A DNA stretch of 64,000 nucleotides from an uncultured Poribacteria bacterium (GTDB lineage: Bacteria > Poribacteria > WGA-4E > WGA-3G): NCBI GenBank assembly GCA_951813565.1, contig OX638351.1, positions 2,464,001-2,528,000 on the forward strand. The letters run 5' to 3'. This document shows positions 20,326-30,948 of this stretch, piece by piece. Made by a program: the position numbers and the translations under genes. Below the pieces are notes generated by a model. That model was not told the origin of the DNA. It did no database searches and saw nothing but the letters and a program-made list of their open reading frames with translations. How positions within the stretch are numbered: position 1 is the stretch's first letter; the number at the start of each line of letters is the position of its first letter.

Positions 20326-20586
20326 TTAGGAGTGACCTCCCGGTCGCGACTTTTCAGCAAAAACAAGTAAAATGCCCAAAACTAAATAACCATGCGCTAA
20401 AGCAACGGGGTCTTATAGTAAAATCTAAAAATACCTGGACATTTTCTTAAGGTTAGCGGCGTTTGTAGTCGCGCAATTCATTGCGCCTCTTCTTGTAGGA
20501 GCGACCTCCCGGTCGCGACTTTTCAGCTAAAAAACAGGTAAAATGCCCAAAACTAAATAACCATGCGCTAAAGCAACGGGGTCTTA
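20326..20586 (+). repeat. About 90-bp direct repeat (20326-20415 / 20496-20586) with REP-like palindromes
   Basis: TAGGAG(T/C)GACCTCCCGGTCGCGAC...AAATAACCATGCGCTAAAGCAACGGGGTCTTA twice. Confidence 0.8.
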
Positions 20587-20650
20587 ACACCGAAAATAAT
20601 AAACTTTCAATAAAGTTACACGTCTCATATTGCGCGATTAAAGGAACGAA

Positions 20651-21346
20651 ATGAGTATCAAGACAGATAGAGCCGTACTTACTGTAGCCTTTACCACATT
20701 TTTAACGTTCTTATTACTGTTTCTATTGCCGATCAGAGTGTTAGGAATCGGTGCTATCTGGAGGCTTTACCCAAACCTGCTGATTGCAATCGGATGGTTT
20801 GGTTATCTCATTCAATTAAATAGAAATATCACAGAGGATGAATCGTCTCAACTGCTATTCCATAGTGTTTTATTTGGAGTCGCAGCCATAGTAACATACC
20901 TGCCGATGGACTGGTTATTTTCAAGAAAAGTGCGGTTTATTGTCTACCGAAGCCCAGATTTTTTGGGGAATGTGACAACACCGATTGCTTTGATAATAAC
21001 TTGGGTTGTTTTGGCAACGTTAGCAGTTTATTGTTACCATCGGCTTCAGATGCTTGGCTTACCCCATTTTGTTGCTTCAGGGATAACAGGAATTGTTGCG
21101 GCGGTTGGAAGCATCGCTATCTACGGACTTGGAAAAGAGTTATGGGAATGGAACGCTTTGCGTGTTGATAATATTCCACACATTGCAACCGTTCCTATCT
21201 TTATCCCAATTACATTTTTGCTTACCTACACCTTATGTCCTTACTACTTTCACCGTAAGCAACATGCGTTGATAGCTGGGATACGGTGTGGTCTCTTCAT
21301 GGGAATAGTGATGTTTTTGAGTTTTCTCATCTTTTGGCGTATATAA
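20651..21346 (+). CDS. Hypothetical integral membrane protein
   Basis: 231 aa, about 7 TM segments, AAGGA RBS. Confidence 0.7.
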   Translation: MSIKTDRAVLTVAFTTFLTFLLLFLLPIRVLGIGAIWRLYPNLLIAIGWFGYLIQLNRNITEDESSQLLFHSVLFGVAAIVTYLPMDWLFSRKVRFIVYRSPDFLGNVTTPIALIITWVVLATLAVYCYHRLQMLGLPHFVASGITGIVAAVGSIAIYGLGKELWEWNALRVDNIPHIATVPIFIPITFLLTYTLCPYYFHRKQHALIAGIRCGLFMGIVMFLSFLIFWRI

Positions 21347-21461
21347 AAAGCAAGAAGCAGGATAATTAACGTTTGACAAATCACAGATTAGGCGCGCGGG
21401 TGTAAGCTCAGTCTCTTTAGAAAATCTGGCATGAAAGGATTCGTTAGCATTAGGAAAAAAC

Positions 21462-22025
21462 ATGTATAACTTACTTGAAAAGAAAAGTATGCGTTCAACA
21501 ACGATATTGGCGGTGCGCCGAAATGGACAAATCGCTATTGGTGGAGACGGTCAGGTCACATTGGGAAACACTGCAATCAAACACAGTGCCAGGAAAATTC
21601 GCAAGATTTATCAGGATCGTGTGCTTATAGGGTTCGCGGGGTCTGCTTCGGACGCGCTCACTCTCTATGAAAATTTAGAGAAAAAATTAGAACAGTACCG
21701 TGGTAACCTGCAGAAAGCTTCGGTGGAACTCGCAAGAGATTGGCGAAGTGATCGCATTCTTAGACGGACAGATGCCTTGATGATAGCGATCAATGAAAAC
21801 GATAGCTACCTGATTTCCGGCAACGGTGATCTCATCATTCCTGACGATGACATCCTTGCTATCGGTTCGGGTGGGTCTATAGCGCTCTCTGCTTCCAGAG
21901 CATTACTCAAATACTCAAAACTAACCGCCTCCGAAGTTGTCGCTGAAGCATTAAAAATTACGAGTGAAATCTGCATCTACACGAACGCACAGATTGAAAT
22001 TGAATCAATTGAGACTGAAGAATAG
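21462..22025 (+). CDS. hslV: ATP-dependent protease subunit HslV
   Basis: TTILAVRR, GDGQVTLG, AIGSGG, ICIYTN. Confidence 0.97.
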   Translation: MYNLLEKKSMRSTTILAVRRNGQIAIGGDGQVTLGNTAIKHSARKIRKIYQDRVLIGFAGSASDALTLYENLEKKLEQYRGNLQKASVELARDWRSDRILRRTDALMIAINENDSYLISGNGDLIIPDDDILAIGSGGSIALSASRALLKYSKLTASEVVAEALKITSEICIYTNAQIEIESIETEE

Positions 22026-22096
22026 TACACTCAAAATTTCTGTTATTTTGGTTAAGGCACAGAGACGTGTGTCTACCACCTTTTTAGGAGGTTACA

Positions 22097-23599
22097 TTGG
22101 AGAAATCAACTGTTGAAACGAAAATCTTAGCAGACGCGCTAACCCCCCGGCAAATTGTTGAAGAGCTTGATAAGTACATTATCGGGCAGTTTGAGGCAAA
22201 ACGGAGCGTTGCTATTGCGCTGCGTAATCGCGCACGCCGACAGATGCTTGCAGACGATATGCAAGATGAAGTTTCACCGAAAAATATCATCATGATTGGC
22301 TCAACGGGTGTCGGTAAAACAGAAATAGCGCGTAGGCTTGCGCGCCTTGTTGATGCGCCTTTCATTAAAGTCGAAGCTTCAAAGTATACTGAAATCGGTT
22401 ATGTTGGTCGCGATGTTGAATCAATGATCCGCGATCTTACAGAACTCTCAGTCAGCAGAGTAAAAGCAGAACAGACTACCGCTGTTGAAGAAGCAGCATT
22501 AGAATTAGCCGAAGAACGCTTGTTAGACTGTTTATTACCGATGCCGCGGGCATTAAAAAGCCAGGCTCGTAGCAAACCGACTGATGAATTTGATGCAGAC
22601 GAAGACATGGACATAGAGGAAATTGATATTGACGAAGATGAAGATGAAATCCAATTGCCGTTTGACTTAGAAACAACTGATGAACAAAACGAAGCTTTAG
22701 AAAAACAACGAGAACGGCACCTCAAGACGCGTGAAAAGTTACGGCAGCAGTTAAAGGAAGGCAAATTTGAAGATAGACCTGTTGAAATTAACATGAAAAG
22801 TCGGAGTATGCCGTTCGTTGAAATATTTTCGCCCGGTGGCATTGAGGAGATGGACATCAACTTCAAAGATATGTTCAGCAACATCCTCCCGAATCAGACG
22901 AAGAAACGGCGGGTGCCTGTTTCCGAAGCACGACAAATCTTGATGCAAGAGGAAGCAGAAAAATTAATCGACATGGATACTGTCATTAGTGATGCGATCG
23001 AACGTGTTGAAAATTCTGGGATCGTCTTCTTGGACGAAATTGATAAAATCGCAGGACGAGAATCTCGGCAGGGCCCGGACGTATCACGCGAAGGTGTACA
23101 ACGCGATATCCTACCAATCATTGAAGGAAGCACCGTCGCGACGAAATACGGTGCGGTGCGCACACACCACATTTTGTTCATCGCTGCGGGGGCTTTTCAT
23201 GTCTCTAATCCATCAGACCTCATTCCTGAACTTCAGGGGAGGTTTCCTATCCGCGTTGAACTCAAAAGTCTAAATAAAAGCGACTTTCAGTCTATTTTGA
23301 CAGAACCGAAAAACGCTTTGGTCAAGCAATATACAGCACTCCTCCAAACGGAGGGGATAGAAGCAGATATTACTGAAGATGCGATTGACGAAATCGCTGC
23401 GCTCGCTTTTCAGGTTAACGAATCTGTGGAAGATATCGGCGCACGTCGTCTACACACCATCATGGAAAAACTGTTTGAGAACCTGTTTTTTGACGCACCC
23501 GATCTTAAGAAAAAGAGCATTACTATTGATGCCGATTATGTCAGAGGTGAATTGGCAGAAATCGTTAAGGATCAGGATTTGAGTAGGTATATCCTTTAG
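22097..23599 (+). CDS. hslU: ATP-dependent protease ATPase subunit HslU
   Basis: [36 protein letters not shown]. Confidence 0.97.
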   Translation: MEKSTVETKILADALTPRQIVEELDKYIIGQFEAKRSVAIALRNRARRQMLADDMQDEVSPKNIIMIGSTGVGKTEIARRLARLVDAPFIKVEASKYTEIGYVGRDVESMIRDLTELSVSRVKAEQTTAVEEAALELAEERLLDCLLPMPRALKSQARSKPTDEFDADEDMDIEEIDIDEDEDEIQLPFDLETTDEQNEALEKQRERHLKTREKLRQQLKEGKFEDRPVEINMKSRSMPFVEIFSPGGIEEMDINFKDMFSNILPNQTKKRRVPVSEARQILMQEEAEKLIDMDTVISDAIERVENSGIVFLDEIDKIAGRESRQGPDVSREGVQRDILPIIEGSTVATKYGAVRTHHILFIAAGAFHVSNPSDLIPELQGRFPIRVELKSLNKSDFQSILTEPKNALVKQYTALLQTEGIEADITEDAIDEIAALAFQVNESVEDIGARRLHTIMEKLFENLFFDAPDLKKKSITIDADYVRGELAEIVKDQDLSRYIL

Positions 23600-23644
23600 G
23601 TTAGAAATCGCAAGTCGTAGGTTGGGTTTCGCTGCGCTCTACCC

Positions 23645-23828
23645 CATAGGTGTCAATTTAAGGCATGCAATCCGGTTCACATCGTAGGGTGGGTCCCTGT
23701 ACTCCGCCATGTGTCAGGAACATGTCAAGCAACGGGCGGGCACAGGGACCCGCCCTACAATAAGGGTGAGGTTTGTAGGTTGTATTTAATAGCGTCCAAT
23801 CTGAAATAAATCCTTAAATTAACACCTA
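23645..23828. mobile_element. MITE with CATAGG(T/C)GTCAATTTAAG ends, inserted in a REP; carries an internal REP pair
   Basis: CATAGGTGTCAATTTAAGG ... CCTTAAATTAACACCTA; same ends as 30294..30460 and 63973-63990. Confidence 0.75.
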
Positions 23829-25050
23829 ATGAAATTTGACAATCAAAAAGGGTAATGTTATGATGGTGTTATCCAGCAAATAAGGAGTGCACCATGCCAA
23901 AACGACGCGAACTCGTTCTTACAGAAGGAGAAAAACAAAAACTCATTGAACATAGAGATCATCACTAACACCCCGATGTCAGAGAGAAAGCCGCTGCTCT
24001 ATTGAAAATAGCCGAGGGTGTTTCTGCACACTGCGTTGCGACCTCTGGATTGCTCAAACGCCGCAAGCCTGATACTGTCTACAACTGGTTAAATATATAT
24101 GCTGATGAAGGCTTTGATGGGTTAATCCGGCGGCGACATGGTGGTGCGAGACATCGGTTTTCAAAAAAAGAAGAGCTGATCGAACGCTTGCGCCAATCCC
24201 CTGGTGAAGTGGCGGAAAAAGTGCCAAAGGTTTTGCGGATACGCTTGCGCCGAGTCGTTGGACGCTTCGTAGGCTTCGTGAAAGTCTTGATTGGTTAGCG
24301 CCCTACACACTCAGCGGTGTGCATCGCGTGCCTTTCTCGGTGTGGTTTGCGTATTCGCTCTGGGCGTGTGCAGCAGTATAGCCCGGATGCTGCGTCCGCC
24401 AAGAAAGTCTATCACCTCTGTGATTGCTTGAGGCAAACAGCGCGTGCGCCTGACAGCCACTTGGTTGTGTTTCTTGATGAAATGGGATATAGACGGTGGC
24501 CGAAGGCAGGGCGGGTTTGGATGCAAGCCGCACCTACGGAAGTGCCGGTCGCCGGGTGTGGTGGCACCAATAATGCGCAATGGCGCGTCATTGGTGCGCT
24601 GAATACGATGACAGGTCAGGTGTGTTATCTTGACAATTACGTTGTCGGGCGTGCGAAAGTCATTGAAATGTATCAGAAGTTAACACAAGTATACCCGCAA
24701 GCAGAGACACTTTACGTTGTTCAAGACAATTGGTCGATCCACAAACATCCGGATGTGCTTGAAGCGTTATCAGAGTTGCCACAGATTGAGCCAGTTTGGC
24801 TGCCGACTTATGCGCCGTGGCTGAACCCGATTGAGAAGTTATGGCGGTGGTTGCGCCAGGATGTGTTGAAGACGCATCAATTTGGCAGTCAGGGGGAGGA
24901 GTTGAGGAGCCGGGTGAACGGATTTCTTGATCGCTTTGCGTTGGGTTCAGATACCTTACTCCGCTATGTCGGGCTGCAAGGCGATGGGCTGCTTGCTAAC
25001 GCTTGTAGACCCCTTAGACTTTACCCAACTTGAACGTCAAAACTCATTAG
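23826..25050 (+). mobile_element. IS630-family IS, degenerate copy 2 (premature TAA about 23966, frameshifts)
   Basis: IR CTAATGAAATTTGAC / GTCAAAACTCATTAG; clearly homologous to 4056..5280. Confidence 0.88.
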
Positions 25051-25108
25051 GATTCGCTTGTGCTCTACCCAACCTACGACTAATTTCTATTATAGCATAC
25101 TTCTGGAA

Positions 25109-27040
25109 CTAAAGGGAATGCCCTGCTCCTGAAGAAGGCATATAGAAATTCATCACAAAACTAATTAAACTCAGTATACTTCGTGGCACAAAATCGCCTA
25201 AAACTAATCCGAGGAAAAACGGAATTGCCCTGCGATAGGCTTGCCAGCCTGAAAACCTTAGAATCATGAACTTAATGAACCAACTCACCATAACAGGAAA
25301 CCAAAAGTATATCAAACCGCCCCACGAAGCACCGGAAAGGACATATCCAGATGGATGTAGTGTCCACCATAGCAGACGGGTGCGCAGAAAATTGAGAAGG
25401 AAAACAAAACCGAAACCTGCCCCCATAAATACAATCGAACCCAGATTTGCTTCCTTCGGATGCTGTAACCAACTTTGGAGTGGGTTGAAACTCTCCCATC
25501 CGAAATGACCAACATGCCCTTGACACCTTGCAAGCACACCGTAGTGGTAAGCGACATGCAAATATGTCCAAAACGTAGCCACTGCGCCAACCCCAATTGC
25601 AAGTGCCATGCTTAAAAGCAAGGTCTTGCCGGGAATCCGTGCCTGATTCCCAATTCGCAGTGATTCAATCTGGTTCGGCATCGGATGTGAACGGTTGCAG
25701 CGGTTAAAAGCGTACAGAAATGTCATTACGGTGAGGTTTGCTGCGCCCAAAGTGCGAGTTCCAAATATGTTCACCATCATTTGGCGTGGATTGATACCGA
25801 TTACTTCATGATAGGGTGGTCCTAATTCAGCGCGAACACGTCCGATTGCTAAGGCGAACGCAACAAATAACGCGTAAAATATAGCAATAACCCATAAAGA
25901 CATTCCCGCAAGATAACAAAAAGCAAACACTGCACCCACGCTGAGAATAGTGAGAATTGCTGTTGTCCGATAAGATAACGGTTCGGTGCTATCGTCGCCC
26001 CGTTCAAGTCCTATGACATGTTTGAAAAACCGGATGAGATGCCTCCTACCCATCCATAGAGTCAACACAGCAATACCAACCCAAGCCCCGGATGCACGGT
26101 CATTGAGGTGAAGTTTACTAATATTCGTCAAACCTACAGCACTCGCAATCACACGTTCTGCGCGTGTCAGCCAGAAGAAAAACCACGTGGAAAACGCAAG
26201 GTCAAGCGGCATAAAATAGGTCAATCCAACAATGGCAAGGTTGAAGGACATAGAGACATAACCGACAGCATTCCAAGGTCTTTCTGTTATGTGTGTATCA
26301 AGTCGGTAACTGGACGGAAAAGCGGGGATCACAGGAAACAGATCATGCAAGCCCGCGATGACGCGGAGCAATGCGGCAATACCAAACCCTATCCATAGCG
26401 AACGTGAAGTGAAAAAACTGCGCTTCGTTGTCATTTGCAACGGCAGCTGCGTTAATGGAAAGCTTAATTTTTCGCGTTCCATCCACTGTTTTCGGAGCAG
26501 CAGTCCTAAACATAGCAATGACCCATAGAGGAGAAAGATAAAACTTGACCAAATAAGTACTGGCTTCGCCCATACACGGAGATGTTCCGTCAAATAGAGG
26601 CTCGATTCCCCCTCATAATAACCGGCTAACCATTCGGATTCATGTGCAGTAAGCCACTCAGGGATATGGTGCAAAAAGAGTTGTGCCCACTCATTTTCAG
26701 CACTCGCAAACCAGAACGGATGTGCCAAAGTCCCCATCAGGATTGCCATCATTGCATGCCCAGAAATAGTGGAGACCATCGTCACCATGATGTAGATTAA
26801 TAAGAGTTCGGCGGGAGTAAAGGCGAGACGAGGTGTGATTTTACGCAGGACAACATTCAGCGCGAGTAGCACTACCAACGTAAAAACTGCATTAGAAAAA
26901 GGGGAAACAAGTGTGTAGACTGCGTACCAGAGTTCGCTGGCTATTCCGACCCAGTACGCATTGACGATGACGAGGATTAAACCAACAATTATCGCTTTTT
27001 TGGTGATAACCTCGGTGGTGTTCGAGGATTGCTGATTCAT
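25109..27040 (-). CDS. OPT-like polytopic membrane protein (DUF6785/DUF6784-type), paralog 2
   Basis: W..EKLSFPL.QLP, HPMPNQIE, WWTLHPSGY. Confidence 0.75.
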   Translation of the reverse strand: MNQQSSNTTEVITKKAIIVGLILVIVNAYWVGIASELWYAVYTLVSPFSNAVFTLVVLLALNVVLRKITPRLAFTPAELLLIYIMVTMVSTISGHAMMAILMGTLAHPFWFASAENEWAQLFLHHIPEWLTAHESEWLAGYYEGESSLYLTEHLRVWAKPVLIWSSFIFLLYGSLLCLGLLLRKQWMEREKLSFPLTQLPLQMTTKRSFFTSRSLWIGFGIAALLRVIAGLHDLFPVIPAFPSSYRLDTHITERPWNAVGYVSMSFNLAIVGLTYFMPLDLAFSTWFFFWLTRAERVIASAVGLTNISKLHLNDRASGAWVGIAVLTLWMGRRHLIRFFKHVIGLERGDDSTEPLSYRTTAILTILSVGAVFAFCYLAGMSLWVIAIFYALFVAFALAIGRVRAELGPPYHEVIGINPRQMMVNIFGTRTLGAANLTVMTFLYAFNRCNRSHPMPNQIESLRIGNQARIPGKTLLLSMALAIGVGAVATFWTYLHVAYHYGVLARCQGHVGHFGWESFNPLQSWLQHPKEANLGSIVFMGAGFGFVFLLNFLRTRLLWWTLHPSGYVLSGASWGGLIYFWFPVMVSWFIKFMILRFSGWQAYRRAIPFFLGLVLGDFVPRSILSLISFVMNFYMPSSGAGHSL

Positions 27041-27150
27041 TAATTTTTTGCCAATGGCACAAAGTTTGCCGAAAATCTATGTTCCAAGTACCTACCTTGT
27101 TGATATGAGAGGTGTGTATGGATAAATCAATGTCAATGGCTTAAGTAAAT

Positions 27151-27411
27151 GAGGGGTGTGCATAAATATTTGGCGCATCAACACAGACAGGGACAGACGC
27201 CAGGTGCCGCTTGATTTATAGAAATGCGTTTGTAGTCGCGCAATTCATTACCAAATCAACGCAGCATGCGCCAAATCAACGGTCCGAATACCTTATGGCA
27301 TTCCCCGTGTGGCATGCTGCGCCTCTTTGAACTTGTGGACGGAAACCCACGGCGTGTGCGGACTACCTTTAAGCGCATATTTAACATCGAAATTATTTAT
27401 GCACACCTCTC
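27151..27411. mobile_element. 261-bp MITE with 8-bp target duplication; ends resemble the 10761 IS
   Basis: IR GAGGGGTGTGCATAAATA / TATTTATGCACACCTCTC; AAGTAAAT on both sides; internal REP. Confidence 0.8.
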
Positions 27412-27476
27412 AAGTAAATAACTTCCGCGATTATACGCCACCCTTAGCAATAAATCGTACCTATTAGTTCTCACTT

Positions 27477-29018
27477 TTATGCCCCAGGAGCGTTCGCAAG
27501 GTTTTGCAATTCTTGTCCCAAAATCTTCAGCGTCTGATTAAGGGTACGGTATAGCTGAATAGTTTCTCCAACTTCTCCTGCTTTGATAATACTAATTGCT
27601 TTCTGTAGTTGTGTGTCATATTTTAAGTTCACAACCCGTTCAATGCCGACGTTGAGGTTAAACAGTTGTTCCGCACGCAGTGTCAACCACCGTAGGCTAA
27701 CCGGTAACCTATCTTTTGCGAGTGTTTCCCGAAACTGCGGAAGTTCTGTTTCAAGTAATCCAAAATCTTTAGGTATTTCGCCAGTACGTTTGATTTCTTC
27801 TTCAATCCAATCGGTAACAAAATTTTCAATGGCATTTTTTTCTACAACGAACCTTTGCATCACTTGTTCAATTCTATCGGGTTTAAATTCTGTAACAGCA
27901 ACCTGTGGTGAAATACCAGATTTATCAATTGATGTCCCATTAGGTGTATAATATGAGGAAATAGTGAGTGAAATTGCACCAATACCCGTTAATGGATAAC
28001 GTTTTTGAACAACGCCTTTACCGTAGGTTTTCTCGCCGACTAAGATGCCACGACCAGTATCTTTTATTGCACCTGCAACAATTTCGGAAGCACTCGCGCT
28101 ATATTCATCAACGAGTACAACAATCGGAATTTCAGGGGCGCACAAGATGTTAGAATGAGCAGGATACTCCTCATCAAATTCGCTTCTCCGTCCCTTGGTA
28201 GAAACGATAACGCCCTCACTGATAAATGCATCAGCAATGTGATACGCAGCGTCAAGGAGTCCACCTTGGTTGCTGCGCAAATCTAAAATCAATGCTTGCA
28301 TTCCGGCTTGTTTATGTGCCGCGAGTGCCTTGTTAAATTCTTCTTCTGTTCCGCCTGCCCGGTCTGTACCAATAAATTTTGTAATCCTAATGTAACCTAT
28401 TTTGTCTTCAAGCATGGTTGATGTAACACTCGGCACCGAAATTTTGGCTCGAGTAAGTTTTACCTCAAACGGTTCAAGGAATTTTCGCTGCACGGTAAGC
28501 GTCACATCTGTATTCACAGCGCCTCTAAGTAAATCAACGACATCGTCGAGTGTCATTCCCGTTCTTTCACCCAGATAAATTTGCTTTCCGTTGACTTTAG
28601 TAATATAGTCGCCAGCTTGTAGTTCAGCCGTTTCTGCGGGGGTACCTGGCATCGGTTTAGAAATTTTGATAAATCCGCGGTGATCAGGGTAAATACTAAC
28701 ACCGAGTCCTCCGAATTCCGCGTTGTATAGATTTTCTACGGAACGTTGATGATCGCGTTCGGATAGAAGGTAGGTGTAGGGATCTCCGACTGCAGCGAGT
28801 GCGCCTTTAATTGCGCCTTGGTACATTGCGTGTCTGTCTACCGGTTTGTAGTAATTTACCTCGGCGGTTTGGATAGCTTTCGCGAGTGCTTGGTTTAGCA
28901 TCCGCAACGTTATTCGCGGATCATCGCTCGCTGCATCTTTTTCACTGGAGTGTATGAGTAGCAAAGGAATCCCAATAGCGACAACTAAAACGATGAAGGA
29001 CAAAGTAAATCTTTTCAT
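27477..29018 (-). CDS. ctpA: Carboxyl-terminal processing protease (S41A, PDZ)
   Basis: DPYT, FGGLG, DLRSNQGG, SASASEI, TYGKG, YYTPNG. Confidence 0.9.
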   Translation of the reverse strand: MKRFTLSFIVLVVAIGIPLLLIHSSEKDAASDDPRITLRMLNQALAKAIQTAEVNYYKPVDRHAMYQGAIKGALAAVGDPYTYLLSERDHQRSVENLYNAEFGGLGVSIYPDHRGFIKISKPMPGTPAETAELQAGDYITKVNGKQIYLGERTGMTLDDVVDLLRGAVNTDVTLTVQRKFLEPFEVKLTRAKISVPSVTSTMLEDKIGYIRITKFIGTDRAGGTEEEFNKALAAHKQAGMQALILDLRSNQGGLLDAAYHIADAFISEGVIVSTKGRRSEFDEEYPAHSNILCAPEIPIVVLVDEYSASASEIVAGAIKDTGRGILVGEKTYGKGVVQKRYPLTGIGAISLTISSYYTPNGTSIDKSGISPQVAVTEFKPDRIEQVMQRFVVEKNAIENFVTDWIEEEIKRTGEIPKDFGLLETELPQFRETLAKDRLPVSLRWLTLRAEQLFNLNVGIERVVNLKYDTQLQKAISIIKAGEVGETIQLYRTLNQTLKILGQELQNLANAPGA

Positions 29019-29137
29019 GACAGTACCCCACTGCGGTTAATTTGGTTCACAGTTCTTGTATCATATAATCTCTTTACATTTTACCACAATTCCAACATTA
29101 GTGCAATTCAATTTTTCACGAAGGGTTTCAATGTCTT

Positions 29138-30061
29138 TCAATAGCGATTTTTTCTATTTTCTTCCTGATTCGGTTGTGTTTTCCATCGGTTGTGGAGCCA
29201 AAGCCACTGCTCCGGATATTTATGTATGTATTTTTCCAACTGTTTTATCAAATGTGTAGTATATAGTTCAATATCTCGCTTAAAATCGTCAGAGGATTCC
29301 AAATGGATCGGGGGAGAAATATAGACGTGATGTCGGTCATCCGGTTGCCGGATATCCAGTGAAAAAAGCATCGGTGCGCTGGTTTTGAGTGCAAGAGACA
29401 CGGGGCCTTTCGCTGTAGAAGCCGGTTTGCCGAAGAAATCTATGAACACACCCTGATCTCCGGCATTCTGATCCGCGAAGAACCCTACAGCATCGTTATT
29501 TTTTAGGGACCGTAGCGTGGCACGAATTGCGTTTTTCCGCGGAATTAATTCTAAGCTCAAAAGTTGCCGATATCGCCAAATTAAATCGTTCAGTCGTGCG
29601 TTTTTCAGCGGAAAAGCGATCGCTTTCGCCCGATTCGGAATGAGTGCGCCATAAACGAGTGATAGCAGTTCCCAATTCCCAAAATGTGGTAAAAAGACGA
29701 TTGCACCTTTTTCTTTTTCCAAAGCTGCATTGAGGTGTTCTCTGCCATGTACGGCAACTTCATCCCAGATATTCTCAGCATTGAATTTTGGGAATCGCAT
29801 GAATTCAATTATTGTCTTACTAAAATTAATGAAACTCGCCTTACAAATTTCTTGTCGACGTGTTTCTTTTAAGTCGTCTCCAAAGGCTATCTGCAAGTTA
29901 TTGAGCGCAATCTGTCTCCGTTTTTTGAGAATCCGATAGAGGAGTTTGCCAATAGCACATCCGAGGCACATCGCCCATTTTCTTGGGAGAATACGGCAAA
30001 CCCAACTAAAAACCAAAACAGTTAGATATACAAAATTATCTATCCATTTACTTCGCGCCAT
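29138..30061 (-). CDS. Lipid A biosynthesis lauroyl acyltransferase-like (LpxL/HtrB family)
   Basis: HFGNWE, DQ..G.FIDFFG, PEQWLWLHNRWK. Confidence 0.88.
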   Translation of the reverse strand: MARSKWIDNFVYLTVLVFSWVCRILPRKWAMCLGCAIGKLLYRILKKRRQIALNNLQIAFGDDLKETRRQEICKASFINFSKTIIEFMRFPKFNAENIWDEVAVHGREHLNAALEKEKGAIVFLPHFGNWELLSLVYGALIPNRAKAIAFPLKNARLNDLIWRYRQLLSLELIPRKNAIRATLRSLKNNDAVGFFADQNAGDQGVFIDFFGKPASTAKGPVSLALKTSAPMLFSLDIRQPDDRHHVYISPPIHLESSDDFKRDIELYTTHLIKQLEKYIHKYPEQWLWLHNRWKTQPNQEENRKNRY

Positions 30062-30293
30062 TGATGTGTCTCACCGAATACGTTAAGCTTTTGATGTTTA
30101 GAGTATATCACACATAGTTGTTGCAGGCAACTTGGGTAATAGGTTGGGTGTGTAAAGTTTTTGTAGAAATCCGCACAACTCCTATTGTAGGGGCGGGTCT
30201 CCGGGGAATGCCAAAAGGCATTCGGACCGTTGATTTGGTGCCTGCCCGTTGCATGGCACGTCCTGCGCAGTGGCGGGGCACAGGGACCCCGCC

Positions 30294-30460
30294 CATAGGC
30301 GTCAATTTCAGCACACAATCACCAGATTGCCTCTTGTGGGAGGGCTTTATAAGCCCGATTTATATGTATTTATCGGGGTTGAAAACCCGCAGCATGCCAA
30401 ACGCGCATGCTGCGTTGATTCACTCCCACAAGAGGGTATATCCTTAAATTGACGGCTATG
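30294..30460. mobile_element. MITE (CATAGGCGTCAATTT ends) inside a REP, flanked by a 19-bp duplication
   Basis: GGGCACAGGGACCCCGCCC at 30276-30294 and 30461-30479. Confidence 0.8.
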
Positions 30461-30612
30461 GGGCACAGGGACCCCGCCCTACAGTGGAAAACGCCGCGTA
30501 ATCATTGCAAATTGAACCTATGTAACCAAATATTTACACACCCAGAGAGACTTTTCAACTTGAAAGGTTTTAAGGGGTGTGATAGAATAGTGTAAAAAAA
30601 AGGAGGTTTGCA

Positions 30613-30918
30613 ATGGCAGAAACAGTAAGAACTGACATCAAGGGTATTGATCGGTTTGTTTTTGAAACCGGGGCAGACACGGAACAACTCCATCTACACA
30701 TCTCCGAAGTTGGACCGGGGCAACGTGCACATCCACCACATACACACGACGGACAAGAAATTTTCTATGTTTTTTCTGGGAAAGGCGAAGTCTTATTCGG
30801 AGAACAAACACACCGTGTCAGTGACAACGAAGCCGTGCATGTTGATTGCCAAGTTTTACACGGCATACGAAACGTTGGGGAGACAACACTTCGCTATGCA
30901 GTTATTATAGCCCGGTAA
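30613..30918 (+). CDS. Cupin domain protein
   Basis: HPPHTHDGQEIFYVFSGKG, HGIRN; AGGAGG RBS. Confidence 0.9.
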   Translation: MAETVRTDIKGIDRFVFETGADTEQLHLHISEVGPGQRAHPPHTHDGQEIFYVFSGKGEVLFGEQTHRVSDNEAVHVDCQVLHGIRNVGETTLRYAVIIAR

Positions 30919-30948
30919 AATGTAGTATTGAAGGTATCCTTACACCAC

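Noticed and set aside
30040..30452. Several short ORFs, also 63729..63914 and 36447..36632
   Set aside because: They lie on REP/MITE repeats; no protein-like features.
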